Shown in pieces: positions 31,941 to 40,862 of a stretch of 64,000 nucleotides of DNA. Source of the DNA: an uncultured Pelagibacteraceae bacterium (GTDB lineage Bacteria; Pseudomonadota; Alphaproteobacteria; Pelagibacterales; Pelagibacteraceae). The position numbers were made by a program, and so were the translations under genes. The notes under the pieces are model-generated. The model was not told the DNA's origin. It saw only the letters and a list, made by a program, of their open reading frames with translations, and made no database searches. Positions within the stretch are counted from its first letter, which is position 1, and each line of letters opens with the position of its first letter. Location of the stretch: positions 2,294 to 66,293 of the forward strand of contig CACNFY010000007.1 of NCBI GenBank assembly GCA_902619925.1, given 5' to 3'.

Positions 31941-33644
31941 ATGAATTTAAAAAATATTAATAATTTAGTTCAACTATTTTTTGAAAAATATAAACAATTA
32001 AAAAATAAAAACACTTTATTTCTCTCGTCTCTAAAAGAGCCAAAGAAAACTTATACATGGGAACAAACATTTAATTTTATTAATATAGTATCTCAAGAAT
32101 TAAAAAAGATAGTTAATAAAGGGGATAGATGTTTATTGATTTCAGAAAATAGACCTGAATGGTTTATTTCTGATTTATCAATTATGTTTTCTGAAGCAAT
32201 TACAGTTCCTGCTTACACCACATATGCCGAAAAAGATTATGAATACATTATAAATGATTGTAAACCATCAGTTATATTTGTGTCTAATGATGAACAATTT
32301 AATAAAATTAAAAAAATTATAAGTGAAAAAAGTTATATTAAACAAATTTTTTCATTTGAAAATTTAAATGATAGTGATGAAAACAATTTTATAAATATAA
32401 ATGATTTGTTACAAAACAATCTTCAAAACGATTTAAACAATTTTAATATAAAACGAAATGATATAGCCTGTATTATTTACACTTCAGGCACTCAAGGAAA
32501 TCCTAAAGGAGTAATGTTAAGTCACGGAGGAATTTTGAATAATTGTGAAGGTGCAATAGAACTTTTGAAACCATTAATTAACAATAGACAAGTCAATTTT
32601 CTAACTTGGTTGCCATTATCACACTCATATGAGCATACAGTCCAATTTGTTCAAATTTCTGTATTAGCAAAAATATTTTATGCTGAGGGAATTGATAAGT
32701 TAATCAAAAATATGGGTGAATGTAGTCCACATATAATGACTGCTGTTCCAAGATTTTATCAAAACCTCTATCAAAAGATAAATTCAAATTTTAAGAAAAC
32801 AAAAGGATTAAAAAAAATTTTAATTAATAGAACAATAAGCTTAGGGTTAAAAAAAATTAAGAAAATACCGCTAAATTTATTTGAAAAAATAGAAGATACT
32901 ATTTTGGAAAAATTGGTGAGAGATAAAATTAGACAACAATTTGGAGGTTCACTTAAAACTTTTGTATCCGGCGGTGGCGCATTAGATAAAGATGTTGGAT
33001 ATTTTTTGAATTCAGTTGGATTACCTACACTTCAGGGTTATGGTCTTACAGAAACATCTCCAGTTGTAAGCTGCAATCCTATTAACGATATAAGAGTCGA
33101 AACTGTTGGTCCCCCATTTAGTGGTAATCAAGTAAAATTAGCCGAGGATGGAGAAATATTAGTTAAAGGAGAAAATGTAATGATAGGATATTGGAACAAT
33201 CCCGAAGAAACAAAAAAAGTTTTAAAGGATGGATGGTTATATACAGGAGATATTGGTGAATTTGAGAATAATTACTTAAAAATAACAGATCGAAAAAAAG
33301 ATATTATTATTACTCCTGGAGGAGATAATATTAGTCCTTTAAAAATCGAGAATGAGATAACAAATTCAGAATATTTTGATCAAGCAATTGTTTATGGTGA
33401 TAATAAACCATATTTGGTTGCACTATTAATTCTTCAAGACGAAAAAAAAGATTCAAATAAAGATGAAATTAATAACGAAATAGAAAAAATAAATAATAAT
33501 TTGTTAAAAATAGAAAAAATTAAAAAATTTTTTCTTATTAAAGAAAAATTTTCAATTGAAAATGGAATGTTAACACCAACTCTTAAATTAAAAAGATTTA
33601 AAATTATTAACAAATACAAAAATTCTTTTGAAAACCTTTATTAA
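31941..33644 (+). CDS. long-chain fatty acid-CoA ligase (AMP-binding)
   Basis: YTSGTQGNPKG, LPLSHSYE, QGYGLTE, TGDIG, LTPTLKLKR. Confidence 0.9.
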   Translation: MNLKNINNLVQLFFEKYKQLKNKNTLFLSSLKEPKKTYTWEQTFNFINIVSQELKKIVNKGDRCLLISENRPEWFISDLSIMFSEAITVPAYTTYAEKDYEYIINDCKPSVIFVSNDEQFNKIKKIISEKSYIKQIFSFENLNDSDENNFININDLLQNNLQNDLNNFNIKRNDIACIIYTSGTQGNPKGVMLSHGGILNNCEGAIELLKPLINNRQVNFLTWLPLSHSYEHTVQFVQISVLAKIFYAEGIDKLIKNMGECSPHIMTAVPRFYQNLYQKINSNFKKTKGLKKILINRTISLGLKKIKKIPLNLFEKIEDTILEKLVRDKIRQQFGGSLKTFVSGGGALDKDVGYFLNSVGLPTLQGYGLTETSPVVSCNPINDIRVETVGPPFSGNQVKLAEDGEILVKGENVMIGYWNNPEETKKVLKDGWLYTGDIGEFENNYLKITDRKKDIIITPGGDNISPLKIENEITNSEYFDQAIVYGDNKPYLVALLILQDEKKDSNKDEINNEIEKINNNLLKIEKIKKFFLIKEKFSIENGMLTPTLKLKRFKIINKYKNSFENLY

Positions 33645-33752
33645 AATATTAAAAAAAAATTGTTTATAAGTCGCAATTTATCTTACTTTTTTTTATATCT
33701 TAAAAAATAAATTTAAAATGAAATTTATATTTTTTTTAAAAAAATTAAAGAA

Positions 33753-33782
33753 TTGACATAACTATTTAAAAAAAATAAAAAT
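33753..33782 (+). promoter_or_regulatory. putative sigma70 promoter for the basic-peptide gene
   Basis: Perfect TTGACA (33753-33758), TAAAAA(T) 17 nt downstream, extremely AT-rich upstream region. Confidence 0.5.
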
Positions 33783-33790
33783 TAATAATA

Positions 33791-33812
33791 AACGAATCAA
33801 ATAAGATTCGTT
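33791..33812. repeat. 8-bp perfect inverted repeat AACGAATC-N6-GATTCGTT
   Basis: Seen directly, between the promoter and the SD of the 33831 ORF. Confidence 0.7.
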
Positions 33813-33830
33813 AAAAAAAGGGAGCTAAAA

Positions 33831-33902
33831 ATGGCTAAAAGAAGAAAAAAAGCTAAAAAGAAAAAGAAAGCTAAAAAAGCTAAAAAAAGAAGAAGAAGAT
33901 AG
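33831..33902 (+). CDS. 23-aa protamine/histone-tail-like peptide MAKRRKKAKKKKKAKKAKKRRRR
   Basis: SD AGGGAG 6 nt before the ATG, all four GCT codons in frame, own promoter and terminator. Confidence 0.7.
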   Translation: MAKRRKKAKKKKKAKKAKKRRRR

Positions 33903-33928
33903 TTTAGTATTCTTTTTCTTAGTAAAAT

Positions 33929-33967
33929 ACGCTTCTCATGGCGATTGCGTGGGAAGCGTTTTTTTTT
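33929..33967 (+). terminator. intrinsic terminator
   Basis: ACGCTTCTCATG-GCGATTG-CGTGGGAAGCGT plus T-tract; a 12-bp stem with two G-U pairs that form only on the + strand RNA. Confidence 0.8.
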
Positions 33968-34814
33968 ACTCTGGATTAGCTGGTATATTATCTTCTTGAG
34001 AAGCCTCTTCTTGGGAAGGTGTAATATTCTCAGCTACTTTAGTAACTTGAGAGTAAATATTTCTTTTTAAAGCTTTGTCTAATTTTTTTTGAGTATTTTC
34101 TGTACCTATACCAAGAACAATTTGAAATTCAGTTAGAATTCTCTCGTAAGCTTTTTCAAATAATTGTCTCTCACTATATGATTGATCTATCATCAGGTCA
34201 TCACCCTTATTTAAATCTCTAACAACCTCTGCTAATTCATAAATTTTTCCTGAGGATATTTTTGCTTCATATTCTTGTGCTCTTCTGCTCCACATAGATC
34301 TTTTTATTTTTGGCTTACCTTTTAAAATACTCATACATTTATTAACTTGATTGATAGAAGCTAATGGACGCAAATGGGACTGTTTGTTTACCGGGATCAT
34401 CCCATTAGCTTTATCTTTCTCAAATTTTAAGATGTATGTTTCTACATCTATCCCACCAATATTTATTTTCTTAAATTCTAAAATCTGACCCACGCCATGT
34501 TTTGGATAAACAACAAAATCTTTAATTTTGTATTCTCTCTTTTCTGTTGTTTGTTTCTTAATTTTTTTTATCTCTGGTTTTTGCTCTGCTGCAGTTTTTG
34601 TTATTCTTAAATTACTGGAGGTATTTTCAACATTCTTTATTTTATCTTTTTTTTCTAGTTTTAGTTCTTTTTTTTCGGTTTTAATTTTATTTTTTATTTT
34701 TTTTTTTGTTAGGATTTTATTTTTAACTTTAGGTTTATTTGATACTTTTTTGGATACTTTCTTTTTTTTTTTAAATGTTTTCTTTAAAATATTTTTTAAA
34801 TTTATCTTTTTCAT
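33966..34814 (-). CDS. carD: CarD/CdnL family RNA polymerase-binding regulator with Lys-rich N-terminal extension
   Basis: [41 protein letters not shown]. Confidence 0.9.
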   Translation of the reverse strand: MKKINLKNILKKTFKKKKKVSKKVSNKPKVKNKILTKKKIKNKIKTEKKELKLEKKDKIKNVENTSSNLRITKTAAEQKPEIKKIKKQTTEKREYKIKDFVVYPKHGVGQILEFKKINIGGIDVETYILKFEKDKANGMIPVNKQSHLRPLASINQVNKCMSILKGKPKIKRSMWSRRAQEYEAKISSGKIYELAEVVRDLNKGDDLMIDQSYSERQLFEKAYERILTEFQIVLGIGTENTQKKLDKALKRNIYSQVTKVAENITPSQEEASQEDNIPANPE

Positions 34815-35094
34815 CTTTTAATTTATCTCCATAAGGACTTTCTTTTTTTTCTTTGATATTCGGCCAAATTTCTGAGTATTCTTTGTTTATTTTTACCCAT
34901 TTATCAGTTCCCTCGTTAGTATCTGGCTCTATAGCATCAATCGGACACTCAGGCTCGCAAACGCCACAATCTATACACTCATCAGGTTTAATTACAAGCA
35001 TATTTTTTCCCTCGTAAAAGCAATCTACAGGACAAACTTCAACGCAATCCATCAATTTACATTTAATACATTTATCATTTACAATATATGTCAT
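34771..35094 (-). CDS. fdxA: 7Fe ferredoxin FdxA
   Basis: [17 protein letters not shown]...[12 protein letters not shown]. Confidence 0.93.
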   Translation of the reverse strand: MTYIVNDKCIKCKLMDCVEVCPVDCFYEGKNMLVIKPDECIDCGVCEPECPIDAIEPDTNEGTDKWVKINKEYSEIWPNIKEKKESPYGDKLKDEKDKFKKYFKENI

Positions 35095-35098
35095 TTGA

Positions 35099-35518
35099 TT
35101 ATTTTACTTTGACCTCTTCTTTTATATCACCAACTTCCTTTGGGTCTAAGTAAAGAAGACCTGTAAGTCGTCTCATTAAATTTGCCTCATACATATCTGA
35201 CTTAGTATCTGAGTATATAATTTCCCAAAGTGATTTTATAATTATTAGTTTTTTTTCCTTATCTACATCTTTTATTTTTCGAGTAAAGTCTAATATTTGG
35301 TTAGAATTTTTCTCGATATCTTCAGCTTTAGAGATGATATTGGAAATATCACTTACTTTAGCACCAAACTTTAAAAGAGTTTTTTCAATTATTTTTTTTT
35401 CTTGATCTGTATATTGTTCGTCAATTTTAGATGCATGGACTAATAAGCAAGCAATCTCTATAAATGATTCTTCTTTTTCTAAAGAAACATCAGACTCTTT
35501 TTTAAAAAAATTGAACAT
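35099..35518 (-). CDS. TerB-family protein
   Basis: [27 protein letters not shown]. Confidence 0.75.
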   Translation of the reverse strand: MFNFFKKESDVSLEKEESFIEIACLLVHASKIDEQYTDQEKKIIEKTLLKFGAKVSDISNIISKAEDIEKNSNQILDFTRKIKDVDKEKKLIIIKSLWEIIYSDTKSDMYEANLMRRLTGLLYLDPKEVGDIKEEVKVK

Positions 35519-37989
35519 TATTTAATATTTAACTGATTTAAAACACTAAAAGGATTGTCTAGAATGTTTTTTCTTTTATTTTTTTTTTGGGTTTTCCTTG
35601 GAACATACTTAATAAATACCTCATTTTCTTTAATAAAAGATTGATAATTCATACATTTCACAAGTTTAATAAAGTTTTCTTTACTGCATCCTAATAAATT
35701 TAGCATCTCAGGCACGATTTTTACCTCTTTAATTTTTTCAGTATTAGATTTTATTATATGAATAAAGAGTCTTTCTAGAATGTCAATTCTCACAAAAAAC
35801 CTATCAAATTTTTCAAAACCACATAAAAGCATAAAATTTTGGTTATTATATTTTTTATTCTCTAAAAAATTAAGTCCAAATTTAGGAGGTTTTAAACTAC
35901 TGAACTTTTGATAAAAATTTTTCCATAAAAGTATCCTCAATGAGACAGCAGCAGGTTTGAAGAGTTTGTAAAGAAAAATATGATATCTTCCAAATTTCAC
36001 ACCTATATCTCTTAAAATTTTTCTTTCTTCTTGCTTTAAGTCTTTTACAACTTTTAAGATTTTATCTCTTTTTATAACTCCGTTATTCTCGTAAAGCTGA
36101 TAAGCAAGTGCTCTAATATTTGGGTCTGTTGTATTTATTGATTTAAGTTTAAATAATGAGTCTAAATCATTAATAATTTTTGTCTTTAGCCATTTATTCA
36201 AATAGCCAAATAATTTTTTTTGATCTGAAAAATCTACCATATCGTCTATGATTAAATCTATTTCTGGATTTAAATAATCCTTACCAGGCTTAATTCTTGC
36301 AATTGGATTTTTTTCCCAATAAATTTTAAAATCTTCTAATAGTTCTAATGAGGCACCTGAAGTTATCATATTTATTCTGTCTAAAATTTCTGGAGTAACA
36401 TTTTGCCTTGCAGCTTTTTTTAGAGATTTAATGTCCGTATCTAGTGCTCCAATTTTTAAATCTAGTTCCAACTTTAAACCTTTTAACTTACCAATAAATT
36501 GCTCATTTATCATTACGTCTTCACCATCCTTAATTTTAGTTTCTAGTATGATATCTTGTTTTAGTCCTCTAGCTAGAACGCTAGCTCTTTTATCAATAAA
36601 ACTTTTTGTTAATTCCTCATGAAGTCTATCAGATAATTGGTCTTCTAAATATTTTGTTCTTTCTATCCAATAATCTTGATTTTCAACCCAACTAGATTTG
36701 TTTGATACATACGACCAGGTTCTAACATTGGCTATTCTATTTGATAATGAATCTACATTACCGTCCAATTTATCTAGACTTGATAATTGTTTTTTCATGT
36801 AACTATTGGATATTTTGGAGCCTTTATTTCTAAGAAAAGAAAACACTTTCTGTACCACATCTAGATGATGACCGTATGTTTTTTTTACAAAATCAGGTAT
36901 TTGACAACATTCCCATAATAGTTTTATGTTTTCTTTATCAAGATTTTTATCAAAATCTTTATCTTTTATAATATATTTAAGAACTTTTTCATCTTCACAT
37001 TCATGAATTTTTCTTAACCAATCCTTATTTGGTTTTACTTCTAGAGAATTTAAAAGATCATTTAAACTACTAAAATTTAGATCAGAATTTCTCCAAAAAA
37101 TTGTTTTTATCTCATCAAATTTATGCTGTTCAAGAAGTTCAACCTCGTCTGCATTTATCTCTTTACAATCGCCAGTAGTACCAAAGTATCCATCATTAAG
37201 ATGCCGTCCAGCTCGTCCAGAAATCTGACCAAGTTCGGCTAAATTTAGCCTTCTTAACTTTTTTCCATCAAATTTTTTTAAATTTGAGAAGTATACATGA
37301 TCAAGGTCCATGTTTATTCCCATTCCTATAGCGTCTGTTGCAACAAGATAATCAACATCACCTGATTGATACAAAGAAACTTGAGAGTTTCGTGTTTTAG
37401 GACTTAGTGAGCCCATCACTATAGCCGCTCCACCTTTTTGTCTTCTTAATAATTCTGCAATTGCATAAACTTCTTCTGCGGAGAAAGCAATTATTGCACT
37501 CTTTCTCTCTATTCTAGAAATTTTTTTATAACCACTAAAAGATAGTTTTGATAGTCTCTCCTTATTTATAAACTCAACATCTTCTCTTAATTTTGAAAAT
37601 ATATTTTTAATTGTATTTGAACCCATGAACATGGTTAATTTTTCTCCTCTTAAATTTAACAATCTATCAGTAAATATGTGACCTCGTTCATGGTCTGAAC
37701 ACATTTGTATCTCGTCTATTCCAACAAAATCTAGAATTTTATCTACTGGCATAGACTCTACAGTACATAAATAATACTTTGCATTTGCAGGAATAATTTT
37801 TTCTTCACCAGTAATTAATGCTACTTTATCTGAGCTAACCTTATTTATTATTTTGTCGTAAACTTCTCTAGCTAATAATCTTAAAGGGAAACCAATCATC
37901 CCACTTTCGAATGAAAGCATTGTCTCAATTGCTAGAAAGGTTTTACCCGTATTTGTGGGGCCTAAGACTGCTGTAATTTTTTTTTTCAT
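35518..37989 (-). CDS. Suv3-like SF2 helicase
   Basis: GPTNTGKT, DEIQ, ATDAIGMGINM, QISGRAGR. Confidence 0.9.
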   Translation of the reverse strand: MKKKITAVLGPTNTGKTFLAIETMLSFESGMIGFPLRLLAREVYDKIINKVSSDKVALITGEEKIIPANAKYYLCTVESMPVDKILDFVGIDEIQMCSDHERGHIFTDRLLNLRGEKLTMFMGSNTIKNIFSKLREDVEFINKERLSKLSFSGYKKISRIERKSAIIAFSAEEVYAIAELLRRQKGGAAIVMGSLSPKTRNSQVSLYQSGDVDYLVATDAIGMGINMDLDHVYFSNLKKFDGKKLRRLNLAELGQISGRAGRHLNDGYFGTTGDCKEINADEVELLEQHKFDEIKTIFWRNSDLNFSSLNDLLNSLEVKPNKDWLRKIHECEDEKVLKYIIKDKDFDKNLDKENIKLLWECCQIPDFVKKTYGHHLDVVQKVFSFLRNKGSKISNSYMKKQLSSLDKLDGNVDSLSNRIANVRTWSYVSNKSSWVENQDYWIERTKYLEDQLSDRLHEELTKSFIDKRASVLARGLKQDIILETKIKDGEDVMINEQFIGKLKGLKLELDLKIGALDTDIKSLKKAARQNVTPEILDRINMITSGASLELLEDFKIYWEKNPIARIKPGKDYLNPEIDLIIDDMVDFSDQKKLFGYLNKWLKTKIINDLDSLFKLKSINTTDPNIRALAYQLYENNGVIKRDKILKVVKDLKQEERKILRDIGVKFGRYHIFLYKLFKPAAVSLRILLWKNFYQKFSSLKPPKFGLNFLENKKYNNQNFMLLCGFEKFDRFFVRIDILERLFIHIIKSNTEKIKEVKIVPEMLNLLGCSKENFIKLVKCMNYQSFIKENEVFIKYVPRKTQKKNKRKNILDNPFSVLNQLNIK

Positions 37990-38021
37990 ATTTTCAACTT
38001 TTTGTGTATCCTAAAATTAGA

Positions 38022-38037
38022 TAACTATATCTTGTTA
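38022..38037. promoter_or_regulatory. NrdR-box-like palindrome upstream of the helicase operon
   Basis: TAACTATATCTTGTTA; its reverse complement TAACAAGATATAGTTA matches the dnaA-upstream box at 15 of 16 positions. Confidence 0.55.
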
Positions 38038-38066
38038 TCTAAAAAGAACAAACATAGGATAAAACT

Positions 38067-38081
38067 AGTCCGAATCGGACT
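38067..38081. repeat. perfect palindrome AGTCCGA-A-TCGGACT
   Basis: Seen directly; a GC-rich patch in an AT-rich divergent spacer. Confidence 0.65.
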
Positions 38082-38152
38082 GAAAAAAGTTCTCATTTTT
38101 AAATTTTAAATTTAAGCATAACATAATTTATAATAATTCAATATAACAAATT

Positions 38153-40108
38153 ATGAAAACTATTTTATGGAAGCCTTCAAAAGATATCATAAAAAATTCC
38201 AATTTGAGGAAATATGAAATTCATTTAAAAAATGCTCACAATATATATTTAAAAAATAATTTTTTTAAAATTCATGCGTGGAGTGTAAAAAATCCTGAAT
38301 TATTTTGGAACTCTATTTGGGATTTTTTTAAAATAAAAGGTGTAAAAAATAAAAAATGTAAAATTTCAAAAGAGATTTATAGATCCAGATTTTTATTAAA
38401 CTCAAAATTAAATTTTGGTCAAAATCTATTACCAAAAAAAGATGCCTCTAAAGCAGTCACTTTTATTAGTGAAAATGGCTATAGAAAAGAAAAATCATGG
38501 AAAGAATTAAATATTTCAGTTTATCAATTAGTAAAATTTTTAAAAAAAAATGAAATAAAAAAAAGAGATAGGGTAGCTGCTTATCTTCCAAACTTAATAG
38601 AAACAGTAGAATTTTTTTTAGCATCATCTACAATTGGCGCAATATGGTCATCTTGCTCACCAGATTTTGGAAGTAATGGTGTAGTTGAAAGATTTTCACA
38701 AATAAAACCAAAAATTCTAATAATTGCAGATAGATATTATTATAACGGTAAAGAAATTAACATATTAAACAGGCTACCATACATTTTAAAAAAAATAAAA
38801 AGTATAAAAAAAGTAGTGGTTATTAACTATCCTGGAAAAAAATTATTAAAAATTAAAAAAATAAAAAAAATAAAAATATTTACTAAAAAGGATATATACA
38901 GGGTTACAACAAACAAAATAAAATTTGAAAAATTTAATTTTGATCATGAATTAGCTATTTTATATTCTAGCGGTACAACTGGAAAACCAAAATGTATATG
39001 TCATAGAAGCGGTGGAGTATTACTACAACATATTAAGGAACACCAATTACATTGTGATATTAAACCAGGAGATAATATTTTTTATTTTACAACATGTGGT
39101 TGGATGATGTGGAATTGGCTCATCAGTGCACTTGCATCTAGGGCATCTATAGTTTTATTTGACGGTTTTCCAATGTTTAAAAAAAATGATTTACTATTTA
39201 GGATTGCAGATAAAGAAAAAATTACATTATTTGGTGTCAGTGCTAAATATATAGATACTTTGAATAAATTTCGGGTGAATATTAAATCAAAATTTAAATT
39301 AAAAAAATTAAGAACAATTTGCTCTACAGGATCACCTTTATCTGGTGATAGTTTTGATTACGTATACAAAAAAATTAAATCTAATGTTCATTTAGCCTCT
39401 ATTTCTGGTGGAACAGACATTATTTCGTGTTTTGTTTTAGGTAATGTTTATGAGCCTGTAATAAAAGGTGAAATACAAAATTCAGGCTTAGGAATGAAAG
39501 TTGATGTATTTAATGATAAAGGTAAATCAATAAAAAATAAAAAAGGAGAATTAGTATGCAGAAACTCATTCCCCACAGTCCCTGTAAAATTTTGGAATGA
39601 TAAAAAAAATATCAAGTTTAAATCTGCCTACTTTAAAAAATTCAAAGGAATTTGGTATCATGGAGATTTTGCAAAAAAAACGGATAAAAATAGTTTTTTA
39701 ATTTATGGCAGATCAGATGCAACTTTAAATCCTGGCGGAGTTAGGTTAGGAACTGCAGAAATATATTCAGCTGTTGAGAAGCTTCCACAGATAATTGAAA
39801 GTTTAGCTGTAGGTCAATCCTGGGATAATGACACAAGGATAGTTTTATTTATTATTTTAAAAAAGAATTTAATTTTAAACGATAAAATTAAAGATTTGAT
39901 AAAATCAAAAATCCGAAAATTCGCTTCTCCAAGACATGTTCCATCAAAAATTATTCAAGTAAACAACATTCCCAAAACTAAAAATGGAAAAATTGTAGAG
40001 CTTGCTGTTAAAAATGCAATTGAAGGAAATAAAATCAATAATATTCAAGCACTCGCAAACCCTGAAGCACTTCGAGAGTTTAAAAATCTAAATGAATTAA
40101 AATACTAA
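38153..40108 (+). CDS. acetoacetate-CoA ligase
   Basis: WSSCSPDFG, YSSGTTGKPKCI, TTCGWMMWNW, SISGGTD, GRSDATLNPGGVR. Confidence 0.93.
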   Translation: MKTILWKPSKDIIKNSNLRKYEIHLKNAHNIYLKNNFFKIHAWSVKNPELFWNSIWDFFKIKGVKNKKCKISKEIYRSRFLLNSKLNFGQNLLPKKDASKAVTFISENGYRKEKSWKELNISVYQLVKFLKKNEIKKRDRVAAYLPNLIETVEFFLASSTIGAIWSSCSPDFGSNGVVERFSQIKPKILIIADRYYYNGKEINILNRLPYILKKIKSIKKVVVINYPGKKLLKIKKIKKIKIFTKKDIYRVTTNKIKFEKFNFDHELAILYSSGTTGKPKCICHRSGGVLLQHIKEHQLHCDIKPGDNIFYFTTCGWMMWNWLISALASRASIVLFDGFPMFKKNDLLFRIADKEKITLFGVSAKYIDTLNKFRVNIKSKFKLKKLRTICSTGSPLSGDSFDYVYKKIKSNVHLASISGGTDIISCFVLGNVYEPVIKGEIQNSGLGMKVDVFNDKGKSIKNKKGELVCRNSFPTVPVKFWNDKKNIKFKSAYFKKFKGIWYHGDFAKKTDKNSFLIYGRSDATLNPGGVRLGTAEIYSAVEKLPQIIESLAVGQSWDNDTRIVLFIILKKNLILNDKIKDLIKSKIRKFASPRHVPSKIIQVNNIPKTKNGKIVELAVKNAIEGNKINNIQALANPEALREFKNLNELKY

Positions 40109-40118
40109 TCCTCATAGG

Positions 40119-40220
40119 TTAAATTAAACTTATGCCATTTTTATAAAAATAAATTGCCATAATCAAAATAAGAATGATGTATAAAAGGATATACACAAAA
40201 AATTTAAATTTTTTTTTCAT
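40119..40220 (-). CDS. putative single-TM microprotein, 33 aa (MKKKFKFFVYILLYIILILIMAIYFYKNGISLI)
   Basis: Translated by hand. ATG 3 nt after the PaaI stop; basic N-terminus plus a hydrophobic helix. Confidence 0.45.
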   Translation of the reverse strand: MKKKFKFFVYILLYIILILIMAIYFYKNGISLI

Positions 40221-40223
40221 TAA

Positions 40224-40628
40224 TTAAGTAAATGATTTTTTAGTTTTTTTCCAAACACCTGTTCCAATAGCTATGATTAATTTATTACAAGATAATTTAC
40301 ATCTCATAAATACTAATGAATTTGTTACCTTTTGAATTTCTACATCTCCTACTATTTCATCTCCTATACCACTGGATCCAATAAATTTAATATCTAAAGA
40401 GATTGTAACGCATACTTGTTTACCCGCTGCTCTATGGACTGCTGTACCAGATCCAGCATCGATTATACCAGCTAAGAAACCTCCGTGTGTAATACCAGCT
40501 CTATTTAAATGAATTTTTTTAACCCTTGTCTTAAATTGATATTTATTTTTATTGATAACTCGAAACAATAAACCACCGTTGTGTTTCATAAAGCCAGGTT
40601 TTGTGCTTATATTCTCAAATTTTTTCAT
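40224..40628 (-). CDS. PaaI-family hotdog-fold thioesterase
   Basis: HLNRAGITHGG..A..ID...G and VTISLDIKF; start moved to ATG 40628 because the longer ORF overlaps the tRNA. Confidence 0.88.
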   Translation of the reverse strand: MKKFENISTKPGFMKHNGGLLFRVINKNKYQFKTRVKKIHLNRAGITHGGFLAGIIDAGSGTAVHRAAGKQVCVTISLDIKFIGSSGIGDEIVGDVEIQKVTNSLVFMRCKLSCNKLIIAIGTGVWKKTKKSFT

Positions 40629-40711
40629 TATATAAGTAATGTAATTAAAAATAATACAATTCCAATGATTATAAAAAAATAAATAACAGAAGATTGTAAG
40701 GATATTTTCAT
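40628..40711 (-). CDS. putative single-TM microprotein, 27 aa (MKISLQSSVIYFFIIIGIVLFLITLLI)
   Basis: Translated by hand. SD GAAAGGA just upstream; the stop overlaps the PaaI start (TAATG). Confidence 0.55.
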   Translation of the reverse strand: MKISLQSSVIYFFIIIGIVLFLITLLI

Positions 40712-40723
40712 CAGTTCCTTTCT

Positions 40724-40800
40724 TGGTGCGCCTGCTAGGAGTTGAACCCAGAACCTCCTGGTCCGTAGCCAAGCGCTCTATCCAATTGAGCTACAGGCGC
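40724..40800 (-). tRNA. tRNA-Arg(ACG)
   Basis: Reverse complement GCGCCTGTAGCTCAATTGGATAGAGC...CTTGG-CTACGGA-CCAGG...GGTTCAACTCC...CAGGCGCACCA. Confidence 0.95.
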
Positions 40801-40862
40801 AAATTTAATATTATTTTTATATTTTTAATGTAATTTATTAATTTAGCAATTATTGTATTTTT

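Noticed and set aside
33831-33902. GCTAAAAAA repeats as a microsatellite, CRISPR or attenuator leader
   Set aside because: The repeats are irregular and codon-phased with no spacers; the downstream gene is convergent, so attenuation is not possible
38046-38060. GAAC-N7-GGAT as an alphaproteobacterial LexA box
   Set aside because: The second half-site matches GAAC at only 2 of 4 positions
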